A DNA stretch of 58,386 nt, filler included, from Sphacelaria rigidula (lineage: Eukaryota), in assembly GCA_964200075.2 (NCBI GenBank). It is 10 parts of 10 records of this genome, joined end to end, with 100 filler letters (N's around TTAATTAATTAA, not from the genome) between each part and the next. Parts side by side here need not be neighbours in the genome. Positions count along the whole stretch, not along the records: positions 35,095 to 40,842 come from CAXNAA020024764.1; positions 40,943 to 46,690 come from CAXNAA020024765.1; positions 46,791 to 52,538 come from CAXNAA020024766.1; 7 more parts are not named here. One strand, written 5' to 3'. Below the pieces are notes generated by a model, which made no database searches, was not told the DNA's origin, and saw only the letters and a list, made by a program, of their open reading frames with translations. Below, piece after piece: positions 37,989 to 49,376 of the stretch. Position 1 is the first letter of the stretch; the number at the start of each line of letters is the position of its first letter. A program made the position numbers and the translations under genes.

Positions 37989-38646
37989 GGATCGACTTTA
38001 ATTATCTATTACTGTTACTTGTTGTTGAATTGATTATGTCAAACTCTTTTTGACCTCCCACTTGTTGACTCCCTTCCTCGTTGACTCAAGCGCTATCAAG
38101 TGCTGCTGTATTTTACCTCTGACTGTAACAAACGCTAACTGCGTGACTCTCTCGAAGGCTCAAGCGCTATCTAATGGTGCTGTATCATGCCTCGAGCGGG
38201 CTCAAGCGCTGTGAATGCTGCTCTATGCTGCTCAAACTCGATTCTTACTTCCCTGCTTTTCCGGTTGCTCTCAACCTGTTTCAAAATCGCTAGCGTATTT
38301 GATGAAGAGACTATCGCGTAGGGGATGCGCTCTGAACAGGGGAATATGTATACCTTCTCCTTGTACTAAACTCTTACAAATTTCACTCACCAAATATAAA
38401 CCGTGCAAGCTCCACCAAAGCTGCTTTCTCCACCCTAAACGCAATGACCAAAATGCACCCCAAGACACAACTGACCGTGGGAGGTAGGACCGCATGCCGG
38501 GTTTCTTCATATATAACACGTCCAGCCATAACACAATCCGTCAATGTAGAAATCCAGCACCCATGATGTATCATCAACCTGCACCGCATGTACCCGAATC
38601 AATCCACGTACACATGTACTAGTCTTCAGCTCGACGATAGTCAATT

Positions 38647-39120
38647 AGCATGCTGCCGACTGCAACATGTTGCTGCGTATCGCTCGTGAGAGTAACTTCT
38701 TCTGTTTAGCCAGCGCCCGTGCTATCAACACGCTGTTACCAAGCGCTGTTACCGACTTAAGCACAGCACACGCGCGATCTGCACTTCCTTCCTCTCGCGA
38801 TGGAACAATAATCCAAACGGCGAAAGAAAGCATCGCTTGCTTCTTCTCGCCGACGGATCGTTTTGTTTTTCACCCAGCGATTGCCAACACCCACGCACCA
38901 TGGATTGTGTACAGCATGCTGCCGACTGCAACATGTTGCTGGTGTATTGCTCGTTAGAGCCACTTCTCCTCTTCAGCTAGCGCCCGTGCTATCAACAAGT
39001 TGTTGCCAAGCGCTGTTGCTGAGTTAAGTACAGCACACGCGCGATCTGCACATCTCTCCTCTCGCGACGGAACAACATCCAAACGGCAAAAAATTGCATC
39101 GCTTGCTTCTTCTCGCCAAC
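38647..39120. repeat. Tandem duplication, period 266 bp, second unit truncated
   Basis: agcatgctgccgactgcaacatgttgctg at 38647 and 38913; colinear to gcttcttctcgcc.ac. Confidence 0.9.
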
Positions 39121-39920
39121 CGTGGGGGTATTCGGTGAACAACGTTCGGAATGAAACATGTAGGATAATATTCAGGGGTATCGCAGTACGTCTTTCCCTG
39201 TTGAAAATCGAAACTCCCTTGCTTGAACGCTTCATACCCATTACAATGAGCGACTGCTTTCTCAAAAAACCATCCGTTATTTCCGGAATTCTCCTGGGGT
39301 CTAATCCTATCGCTGAGGTTGTCAAAAATTCCATCTGAGGCAAAGGGTGCCAGCGCTTTCCGTCGCTGGATCAGACCCCGTTCGGGACCGTCAGGGGGGA
39401 AATCCAAACTACAGCTGCCGCAGGTTCTAAATTAAAAGAAACGGCTCGGATTCTGCAAGCGCTTTGTTCTCCAGTAGTATTGTTCAACAGCCTCACCGCG
39501 AAACCGGTTCTCAACACGGCCACGGCGGAGGTGGCCATACAAGGCGTGATAGCTGGTTCAGACTGGATGAAGCGCCTCGCATGGGCAAAGCTGGCGAAAC
39601 AACCCCAGGCGTGGGACTAACCCTTACCTCGGTTGGGTGTGTCTGCAGCGTTATTGTGGGGCATCTATTTGATCCAACTCACCACTGTACTGTAGTGATG
39701 CTGTACTCTGGTGATGGTATATCTCAGTAGATGCTGAATGATGCTGCGATTCAAAGACCGTTGGCGTCTGCCGCCGTATTGGATCATTTCGCTGACGGCG
39801 GTCGTCGCCGGCGCAACAGCATGAAGTCTCTCTCAGATACTCAGCAAGAGGCGCTCGAAAACTCGATGACTAGTCCAAAGGAGTATGTTTTCAGCATGCT
39901 TTGTTACGTGTTCCGTAGAG
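39117..39920 (+). repeat. Repeat family X, copy 2, with inverted 5' segment
   Basis: 39122-39316 is inverted relative to 39317-39920 when compared with copy 1. Confidence 0.85.
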
Positions 39921-40189
39921 CTTAGACGAAGGGGTTGCTCAAAAGATGCCGCTCAACGAATGACGGCGGTTTTTCTGTTGGACTGCTCATCACCATGCTT
40001 GCGCTGCCGTGCAGAAACTTCTGGGTTAGGGGCACATGGTCGGAACCTGTTGCGAATCCCGAGCCTTTTGAACAAAATAAAATGAAATTTTGATGGTCCG
40101 TCGAACCTCACCCAAATATTGGACCTCAAAAACAAATCCAGGCTGTAATAAACTGTTCCAAGGTTGTGTTCTGTAGGATACAGTTTTCC

Positions 40190-40740
40190 GTGTACCCGGG
40201 GAATTTCGCCGGGTATTTACCGTACCCGACAGTTCTGTGACTTCTGTAAGATCTTCATACCGGTACCCGACAGTTCTGTATTCTCTGTAAGATTTTCATA
40301 TCCTTACCCGATACTTCTGTAACCTCTGTTAGGACTCCCGTACCGTTACCGGGGGGCACGGGTACGTTCTTGATTAGATACCTGATTGCGGGTACGGTTT
40401 TCTGTGCAACCTTCATACCCTACCCGACAGTTTCTGTGGATTCTGTAAGCCTCCCATACCCTTACCCGACAGTTCTGTGAGTAATGTACATAATGTTTAC
40501 CCGTACCCGGAGCGCGGTTACGCTCTTCAAGGAATACTCGATTGCCGGTACCGGTTCTCTGTAAGTCTCCCATACCGTACCCGACAAGTTCTGTGATTTA
40601 TGTAAGACTTTCATCCAGTACCGGTACGCGACAGTTCTGTGAGCTCTGTAAGCCTGCCATACCCCCACCCGCGGTTGGGGTATACTGTTAGAAATATACC
40701 CGATTGCAGGTATGAGCACAGGTGGCATATACCCTGGGAG
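40190..40740. repeat. Internally repetitive element built of about 40-bp units (tacccgacagttctgt core)
   Basis: Core recurs near 40223, 40264, 40305, 40422, 40463, 40578 and 40625; weak terminal inverted similarity. Confidence 0.75.
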
Positions 40741-40842
40741 CAATGCTACGGTAGGGGTGCAATTTTTTCACGAAATTTTGTTTGTTTCAGGGGCTCCAAA
40801 CGATTCTAGACGCATAAGAATATGGGTCAGGGCATCCCCGTT

Positions 40843-40942
40843 NNNNNNNNNNNNNNNNNNNNNNNNNNNNNNNNNNNNNNNNNNNNTTAATTAATTAANN
40901 NNNNNNNNNNNNNNNNNNNNNNNNNNNNNNNNNNNNNNNNNN
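40843..40942. other. Artificial contig spacer
   Basis: N44-TTAATTAATTAA-N44. Confidence 0.98.
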
Positions 40943-41269
40943 GCCGTCGGTAGCCGCGTGAGTGGCCGGGTCGGCTGTCTGGGCGGGAGGAAGGGGGGAA
41001 CGGCTGAAATCGAATTTGCGGTTACAGTCGATGGTGCCGCGGCCGCAAAGTGGTGGTGCCGCACAAGTTGTGGCTGTACAATAGTGCATGTCGTACTGTG
41101 GGCGCGCAATATCTGAGATGGCACGCAGACGAGACCTCCAGCGTGCCAAGGCATCTCGTAGTACTGTGAAGACCGGTGAGCAGTGGGTGAAGAAAGCTTG
41201 TAGAGAAGGTCGAAGTTCCGGCCGAGGCTGTTCTCTGAAAGCAAGTCAACCTGTTCCCGACATAAAAAC

Positions 41270-42050
41270 GCGATTGCGCTGCTCAATTTTGAGTCGTTTA
41301 CTATGAAATTTTGACATGATGACACACACGACGTATGTGCGAAGCCCCTACCGTTATCCCTACATTTTTTTTTCTTTCTCGTGAGTTATCGGTGATCCGA
41401 ATTTCGGAACAGCTTTTTGGGGAAAAATCCCGCGACTACTCATCAAGAAAACAAAGGTCAAGGAGGGGAAACAGCGTCTTCGAACGTGCCTCATGCACAC
41501 CGTGTCAAAATTTCATGGAAAACAAGTTAAAATTGAACAGCATAACCACGGTTCAGAATTTCTTGTTCGCGACGCGGCTGGTTCACGTCCACATAGGAAC
41601 CGGTTCTCGACACGGAATCGCGATTATACCGCTCAATTTTCGGTGGTTTACTATGAAATTTTGACACGATGTACAGGACGTATGTGCGAAGACCCCATCT
41701 TGTCTCCCCTGCATTTCCCCCCCCCGCCCCCCCCCCCCCCCTCCCCCCCCCCCCCTCCCACGTCCTCGCCACAATCCTCACNNNNNNNNNNAGAATTCCT
41801 TTCTGCGACAGGATCTCACCTTACAACAACCCCCCCTTTCCCCCCCCATCACCCCCCCCCCCCCCCCCCCCGTGATTACTGGCGACGGAACAATTCAGAA
41901 CAGTTTTCTTGGAACCAAAATCAAAGACCAAGCCACGAAGAAACAAAAGTGTAGGGGAGGTGAAATGGGATCTTCGCACATACATCTTGTACATGGTGTC
42001 GAAATTTCATTGAAGACGACCCAAAATTGAGCAGTATAACCGCGCGACAG
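41270..42050. repeat. Foldback-like array of alternating-orientation arms of about 95 bp
   Basis: gctcaatttt...tttactatgaaattttgaca.gatg...gtatgtgcgaag forward at about 41281 and 41631; reverse at about 41495-41550 and 41946-42045. Confidence 0.75.
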
Positions 42051-42729
42051 TATTCCTGTTTGCGTCTTGGGCGGCCCAGCCTGTAGACCTTCTCTCATTG
42101 TCCGTCTCGAATCCGAAACAGAAAGTTTGCACCAATGCTGAAGCACAACAACATTCTCATTATTCTGGAACCAAGATAGACGCATGCAAAGCGCGCATCA
42201 ACGGGTAAAAAACACGAGGTGTAAAGGCCTACGCTCCCAAGAGGGTCGACGGAATACGAGTATCATAGAAGCTAAACCCGTATCATCGGCGGGGATAACT
42301 ACGCGCGTGCCTAATGACACCTGGTTGAGGTCTCCTCCATGCCATGAGATTCAAACCAGTCCAAGTAAAATCTAGGAGGGTCTGGCAGCGGTGTGCTTCC
42401 TTCCCCTTGACAGCACGTGGTAGCTAGGTCGACACCACCCAAGATGATTCCACCAATCAATGCACGCTGAGGGCGTACTTTAGCACATAAAAAAAAAAAG
42501 TGCGGTCGACGTTTTTTTTTCGATCTAATATGTCCACCGCATTTCTGTTCCTAGAAGGCTTCAACTCAAATTCATTATCAGTGGCTCGGAGAAGAAAAAA
42601 ACAATGGAGCTACGTTAGCTTTTTCCATAGAAAACATGCGGTCGAAAGGCACAAAGCGGCGGCGCTTGACTCTTATTTTACAGACCACCACGCCAGATAC
42701 CACCCGTTCACAGAAGCATGCGAACTTCA

Positions 42730-43030
42730 AACAATTCACTCTCAGCTACAACTGCAACCCTGCAGAATAGAGCTCGAGTGAGCACAGGGATAGATGCATT
42801 GCAGTAGTTGGGTATGCTTTATTTATTTTCTGTTGGCGAAAACTTGATCATCTTCTTTCATGGTGGGGATCAGCGACGGAACTGCGTGATAGGGTGGACG
42901 ACCGGCTTGCGTGGACGCTCAAGGGCAGTGCAGGCGATGCAAAGCTGCACGTTGTCGAAGTCCTTTTCACGTCGCATTGTCAACAAACGCACAGATTGTA
43001 GTCCTGCGCTGTCTGTACTCAGTCTTGCGC
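42730..43030 (+). repeat. Second copy of the repeat at 1115-1440
   Basis: Colinear similarity. Confidence 0.75.
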
Positions 43031-44321
43031 CTGAAGAAAAAAACAAATTTGTCTGTACCTGATCACGCACAAAAGTCATAGCTCAACGTTTGAGCTGAAA
43101 TCAGCGGCAGAGCACGTACGATTGGCATGAGGGTTGCGCCTCCGGCGGAGGGGTAGGAGTTCAACAAGCGGCATCGCTGGAAAACTACATTCAAGGCGGG
43201 AACGTCGGTGCCGAGTTCTGACTGCAAAGGTGACTGTTTCCGGCTTTATGTGATATGGATCGTGTTGCTTTGCATTGCTCCCTGGCGACCGCAATGGAAA
43301 GCCGCCAGGCGCTGGCCATGGCGGTTGACCGGCGGGTTGGCGAGGCGTAGAGGGTAGCCCATAATGTATACAGTCCATCTAAAAAAGAATCATGTCAAAT
43401 GATGCCTGCGCGAAAAAAAAGCACAGCAAATGTTTGCATGCATGTCTGGTGGTACAGTCGGCGAGTTTGAGCTGTGAAAAGTGCGGAAATAAACTACGGA
43501 AATGGATCCAGTTTCGATGCAGTCATATATTGCTGTGGAATACACTGCACTATGCTGTACTCGGTAATATACTGCTTTACTACACTACACTGTACTGAAG
43601 TGTACTGTACAGCGCTAGGATGTGTTGTGCTGACCTGCCCTGTTCCGTCATCTACTGCACTGTCACCTGCTGCATTGTACGTAGCTGTCGCATATGGTGT
43701 GTAAATATGATGCTGACTCCTGGGGGGAGGAAGACGGCGTCGGCGTGTACATCGGGATTGCAAGTAGAGACCCGCATTCGGCGTGGATTTGTGTTTGTGA
43801 CACTAGTAATCCATGACATAACCGCGGGTCCGCGGGTTCACCGTTCACTGCCGTCCTGATTGGCAGGTATGCCAGCATGAACACGCCGCCGGGGGAACGT
43901 TGCAGGATAGTCCCTCGCTCCGAGGAACAAGGGGTAAACGCCGTGAGGACACCAGTGAGATACCCCTGTGCTTCCCTGCACAATGTCTGCATCGCATTAT
44001 CGTCCGTATCTTGGGCACATATTGTCAGAAATTGAAGACACCATCGTTACTGCACGTACGGCGTCCTGTATCAGGGCGAATTTTCAGCGGCAGATGCGTC
44101 CTGTCGCTATTCACGGGCCTGCCCTTTGTATCATGCGTCCGGTTAGGCGGACTCCCATCGAAAGTGACAATCACTTTTCGAGCAGTCTTTAATACAAAAT
44201 GATCGCCCGAATACCGCCCGATGTTGACGCTCAGCGACTATCAGTAACAGCCAGTTCCATAAAAACATATATGTTCACAAAAATGAGCTTGAAGTCCAAA
44301 ACAGTGATTTCCCCACATTTA

Positions 44322-44589
44322 TAGTGACTGTGCCCAATGACTTGTTCGTCGGCCTAATGCCCTCGACCGCGTACATACTTTTTCGGCGTATTATACCGAC
44401 CCCGTCAGCTTACAGCACTCAGCGAAACCACAGTTTACCCTCGTAACACCCCTCTCTCGAAATCAGAGTAACATGAGGGTTTCGCTCAGCGCTGTAAGCT
44501 CACAGAGTCGGTACAAAAAAGCGCAAAAAAACAATCTACGTGATCGGGAGGCATTTGGCCGCCAAAAACGTCATTGGGCACAGTCACTG
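44322..44589. mobile_element. Palindromic MITE, possibly Tc1/mariner-type
   Basis: agtgactgtgcccaatgac...gtcattgggcacagtcact; arms pair imperfectly over about 120 bp; TA on the left and TG on the right (possible decayed TA TSD); another arm at 1-38. Confidence 0.85.
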
Positions 44590-45419
44590 TGACTGCCGAG
44601 AAACAGTGTTTTCGGCTTGAACCTCGTTCTCGTGATCAAAATCTTCTGAGGGAATTCGCTGTTCAGTTTCGTGCATACCGCAGCCCACGTCTGCACAGAG
44701 GATAACAAATGCGCCGGTTCTAAAAGCGGTCGTTGGTCCAACATCCCTATACTGCTGAGGTCCCGCGGTATCGCCCAAACATTCCGGCCTCCGTTCCTGT
44801 CGGTGACAGGAGGATTTTGACGGAGACAAAGTTCGTGGTAATCATTTTCTTCCTTGCAAGTGCCCGACTTGCTGTATCACGGGGTCACCCGGACGAGGAA
44901 CGAGGTCATTCCCGGACAAGGGTGGCTGTAGTAGATTTCCCACCTTAACTTATGGTGTCTTGTTTGGCGGCGTGTTGTTTTGGCACTTGTTATGCATAGT
45001 GATGATGCACGAAAGATGTGGAGCACACATGCAGTGGGTGGACGCGTGCGAACGATCCCACCGCTAAAATGATAAGAGACGGGGAGAAATATTTTGCGAG
45101 GTATTCCCGAAGTCCCTTGCACACCAGGAACGGCGGGGAGTGACGAGAGCGCTCCGCGCGGCGATCCTGTATCAATTGTAAGGACGGCGCCAAGATCGCA
45201 CCGTGCGAACAGGTTCTCCTACCCCAAGATGCAACATGCACGACTAACAACCCTTAGCTCGTCCGTCTGGAAACACCCATGTTCACCGCGCGTACCCCGT
45301 TCATCAGGTGTTGGCAGACGCTCGCGAGGCGGGGGATGAGGAATGCCATCAGTAACGCCGGCGATGAAGCGGGAGAAGCAGCCGACGAGATTTCAGGGCA
45401 GGATTGGTGAAGTAGCCGA

Positions 45420-45600
45420 GGGTGGTGTACGCCGTAAATTCCGATACGCCATTGCACGCACGTTGCGCTGGCAACAGGGGCTGTTGGGTGACCCTATTTT
45501 CCGGTCGGGTGCTTCTGTCTCGTGAGTGTGCAATCATTCAGGACTGTGAGACGACTCAAAACCCATCTTTATGGCGCTGGCAGCACTGCACGGTGTCTCA
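45420..45600 (+). pseudogene. Possible ankyrin-repeat relic
   Basis: DTPLHARCAGNRGCWVTLF then a frameshift to RSGASV resembles TPLH.A...G....V..L...GA; stops follow. Confidence 0.3.
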
Positions 45601-46690
45601 CTGTGTAATTCGAAGACGTGATGTGTGTACGAAACGCAAGAGAAGTGGTGTGGAGAGAGCTCTGGAGTTTCGTCTTCCCCATCCCTAAGCGGGTGCTGAG
45701 TGGCAGAGCAATAATAGGCAAGGCACGAAACGCCGCGGAAGGCGTCACGATCGCGGGACGGCAGAGCTGCCATCAAGATCTTCATCCTCCCGCTTGTGGG
45801 CAACACCGATCTTGACATGCCTGTCCTGTGTATATCTCATGTATGCCCGCCGCGCCGGCGTCTGCGACCTCTTTGAAATATCTTTGTCTGCGGTGATTCT
45901 TTCACGCGGCGGGCCTCGGTCAAAAACTAGAAACTAACGTCCGGGAGTCATCGTTAAAATCGTGCAGGAACACCTCCTCGTGTTGGGGATACCTCCATCG
46001 CTGGCGAGCACCAGCGGCTAGCCGAGGCCGGGATGTCTTCACTGTTTGATCAAATATAGACGAAGTCGTACTAGGGAAAACAACGAGACGCTTAATTCCG
46101 GTTCAAGCGGGAGATACACGGGAATGCATAGTCCGAAATGCGCGCACGCTAGCGACTCCTGAGAGCGATACCATCGTAGCGGTGTTTGTCTTCACTTTCT
46201 GAAGCTCTTTGCCGTAGGGGCTGCTCAATGACAAATGTCTGGGCGGGCCTTAGTGTGCAGCCTCAGAAAGCTTTCAAAATTGAAAAGTGCACCCCTACTG
46301 TGGCATGACTCGTAATTAAAGTGTTTCGGATAACGCTCGCACCCCGGTGTTGCAACGGCGGCAGGAAGAGGCTCTCCAGCACACCCGCACATCCTCCCGT
46401 GCTACGTAGACAAATGTTCTCGCGGGGTTGCAAGCTTAGGATCCGACCGACAGTTTGAAGCCCTCATTGAATTAATTAAATATTGTCAGTTTAGAAATGC
46501 CCCTTCAAGCCTTATGCGAGACGGCGATATCGTTTCTGTCGTACGTTGTCACCAGGGCATTTGATATCCTGGAGGAGGATATCGGCGTGTAGGTGGAAAC
46601 GCACGACAGCACTGCAGAGTACGAACAGCACACACAACATGACAAAATGATCAAGTACATCGTCTTAAAAAATGCCCCCTTGCCCCCCCC

Positions 46691-46790
46691 NNNNNNNNNN
46701 NNNNNNNNNNNNNNNNNNNNNNNNNNNNNNNNNNTTAATTAATTAANNNNNNNNNNNNNNNNNNNNNNNNNNNNNNNNNNNNNNNNNNNN
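46691..46790. other. Artificial contig spacer
   Basis: N44-TTAATTAATTAA-N44. Confidence 0.98.
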
Positions 46791-46866
46791 TCGCTCCGGG
46801 AATCGAACCCCCCTCCTCAACCATCAGAAGGTTACGAGTAGGTTACCAACTGAGCCATCGGGGCGG
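46791..46866 (-). mobile_element. tRNA-derived SINE head, cut by contig start
   Basis: Reverse complement has TGGCTCAGTTGG and GGTTCGATTCC. Confidence 0.8.
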
Positions 46867-46879
46867 TGCTTAATCCTGT

Positions 46880-47079
46880 ATTTTTTATCACGAGAGGGGT
46901 TCAGTACTCCCTTTCCCTCGTCGACAGTCACGTCGCCTTTTGTGTGCCCACGACATAGTCGCTCTCCACTGTTGGGCATGGTGTGAGAAAAGGTCCGAGA
47001 TCGCTCCGGGAATCGAACCCCACTATTCACCCGTCAGAAGGTTACGAGGTTTTACCACCTGAGCCACCGGGGCGACCGG
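46880..47079 (-). mobile_element. Full-length tRNA-derived SINE (about 200 bp)
   Basis: A box TGGCTCAGGTGG, B box GGTTCGATTCC, non-tRNA body, A-rich tail gataaaaaa; flanked by ttaatcctgt / ttcatcccgt (8/10, TSD-like). Confidence 0.88.
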
Positions 47080-47682
47080 TTCATCCCGTGCTCTTCAGAA
47101 TTACCTGAGTGTACGTAGAATCGCATTTTTCAGATTTATCATGAGCGATCCCCCAGCTAGCTGATGTAAGCCCTTCCTTCTATACCAGGCTATCAATATT
47201 CTGTAGTGAAACCCCTTGTCACCCAACCCTTGCTTGGTGTCGTGGTAACGACTACAGCTGAGCGTGATGTTCCTTGAATATCGCGGACGCTTTTGTCTGC
47301 ACATTATTTTCATGTCATGTTCCAATCCGACGAATCCTTATTTCAGAACAGTTTACGTCTGTGGGATTTCCCCTTTACTACTTTGCGTAGTTGTCATCTC
47401 CCATGGCGGAGTGCTTTGTTTTTGCTCCCAGCTCAAGGTTCCTGACACCCTGGCAGGTTGTGTGAGCATCCTGTCTGGATTGGCAGTACGATTCCCGTGC
47501 GGTGCTGTCAGTTAGCACTATATCGATCATATTTTGTTTATTTTCGTTGCCGTGAGGTGTATAGGCAAGAACAGCAAGTTTGCCTCTGTCCGGTTACTGT
47601 ACTCAACAGTTTTTGGAGAATAGTTGCCTTGTACGCACACTTGCCTTTTCGATTCGAACGGTGTGGGACAATCGCTTAAACC

Positions 47683-47787
47683 ATGGCTGAGGAGATAACT
47701 GTGGACGGGTTGCAGCTTGGCGCGATGAGAGTAGTGGACCTTAGGGATGCCCTCAAGGAGAGGGATCTACCTACTGATGGGAAAAAG
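47683..47787 (+). CDS. First coding exon of a SAP-domain protein
   Basis: aaccATGG start context; MAEEITVDGLQLGAMRVVDLRDALKERDLPTDGKK fits the SAP pattern L..+.V.+L+..L+.R.L...G.K; donor AAG|GTAAGC. Too short for the ORF track. Confidence 0.88.
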
Positions 47788-48658
47788 GTAAGCCATAGGT
47801 TGGGAGTGGAACGGGAGGGGGCTTGGGGGGGCGTGGTCTTTTTGGTGTGCTTTTGAAAAATGTTGGTGCATATTTTCAGCGTCATACCTGGAGGGGCGTA
47901 GCTTGCATCTCGGTCGCGGTGCTTGCAGCCTGCTGCCGCTACCAAGCCCACGCCGATAGTGGTGAATGAATGTCACCCAAGGTCTGTTCTAGCTATCTGT
48001 TTACCCCCATTGATGAACAGATTATTCTCGGCGGACATGTATTTCATACTCCGTTCAAATCGATTTCATCCTCATGTTGCTTGTAGTTGTGTGTTGTGTG
48101 CACATCACAAGGGTCACTATTGTAGTGCGGATGGACGTTGGCATGATACAGGCAGTGCAGTCCGTCAGTGCAGTTGATGTGAACAGTAGCCGAGGTGGTG
48201 CAACGAACCCCCCCTGCCCCCCGTGTTTTTAAGAAACTTTTTTTTTAAATCTCCATTCGCCACGTCTCCCAAAATTGAGGTCGAAAGTGAAAGTTGTCAC
48301 CCTGGGGGTGGTATACCACGTCATCTACGGTCGACATCGTCATTTATGGCCGAAAGCAAAGCGCACTGTTGTGCTGAAGTTTGGGCATGCACTGACTGCA
48401 CTTTCTGTGTTTTCAGTAAGACCCTCGCTAAGAACGTGGCACGGGACACGTGCGGAACTTCTCACTCCAAGCGCTAAGTTGGCAGCTGCCTTTTTTTTTC
48501 GCCTGAGTTCGCTGGCGGCGATTCCCGGTGAGCTGGGACACCCATACCTTCGAGCTGAGCCAGCCTGTGAGAAGATCTGCAGGTTGCAGGCCCATTCTCA
48601 AATTGACTTTCGAAAGTTGGACTTTCAAATTTGGTACAGTGCAGAGAATGAAAAGCAC

Positions 48659-49376
48659 CACAGGCACCGTAGGTAAGGTAGGTACCCGGTACCGGTATTT
48701 GGGACATCTCATACCCTACGGATACCGGTCCAATCGGGTCTTTCAAATGTCATACCTGAGCTCAGTTGGTAATAACCTCGAAACCTTGTGACGGTTGGGT
48801 CGTGGGTATAATTCTCGGAGCAATGTGGGATTTTTCCTCACACCATATGCCCAACTGTGGAGATCGATTATGTCGTGGGTACACAAAGTTCTACCTAACG
48901 GTCGACGAGGGAAAGGGACTGCTGAACCCCTCTCGCGATAATAATAATGGCAAGCACCGCAAAAGGAAGGTAGGGTACTAAAAAAACAAAAACAAAAAAC
49001 TCCCGTGTTGACCTTCCTCCTGTGTGACCCCAGCTTATGCCCCCGGCTGATGCCCCCGCATATACCGTAAGTTGTAGACCGGCGTCCAAAATAGATGGGA
49101 CGACAACACAACACACACACATACCTACGATACCCACGATACCATGGTACTTCGACATTCCAATAGCTACCTCACCCACTCGATCGGCTATTTTCAAAGC
49201 TCATACCTATGATACCTACGATACCACGGTATTTTGAGATACCAATACCTACCGTACCCGCTCAATCAGGTATTTTCAAAACTCATACCTACGGTACGCA
49301 CGCATACCACGATATGGGATAATCCGGTAAATACCGGGGATATGCTCGGTTCGGCACCTTACCTACGGTTCCTGTG
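48659..49376. mobile_element. Non-autonomous hAT-like element with nested SINE
   Basis: 21-bp TIR cacagg(c/a)accgtaggtaaggt with one mismatch (48659-48679, 49356-49376); perfect 8-bp TSD AAAAGCAC (48651-48658, 49377-49384). Confidence 0.9.
48760..48948 (+). mobile_element. tRNA-derived SINE, slightly 5'-truncated, (ATA)n tail
   Basis: Colinear with the reverse complement of 46880-47079 through gtcgacgagggaaaggga.t.ctgaacccctctcg.gata. Confidence 0.85.

Noticed and set aside
39540..39730. RAG1/Transib-like transposase reading of family X (LDEAPRMG...PTHHCTVVMLYSGD)
   Set aside because: Only a vague resemblance; the other catalytic residues cannot be located.
43540..43690. Cys/Tyr/Thr-rich small ORFs (also 30080-30125)
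   Set aside because: Translations of degenerate (TACTG/CACTG)n pentamer repeats.
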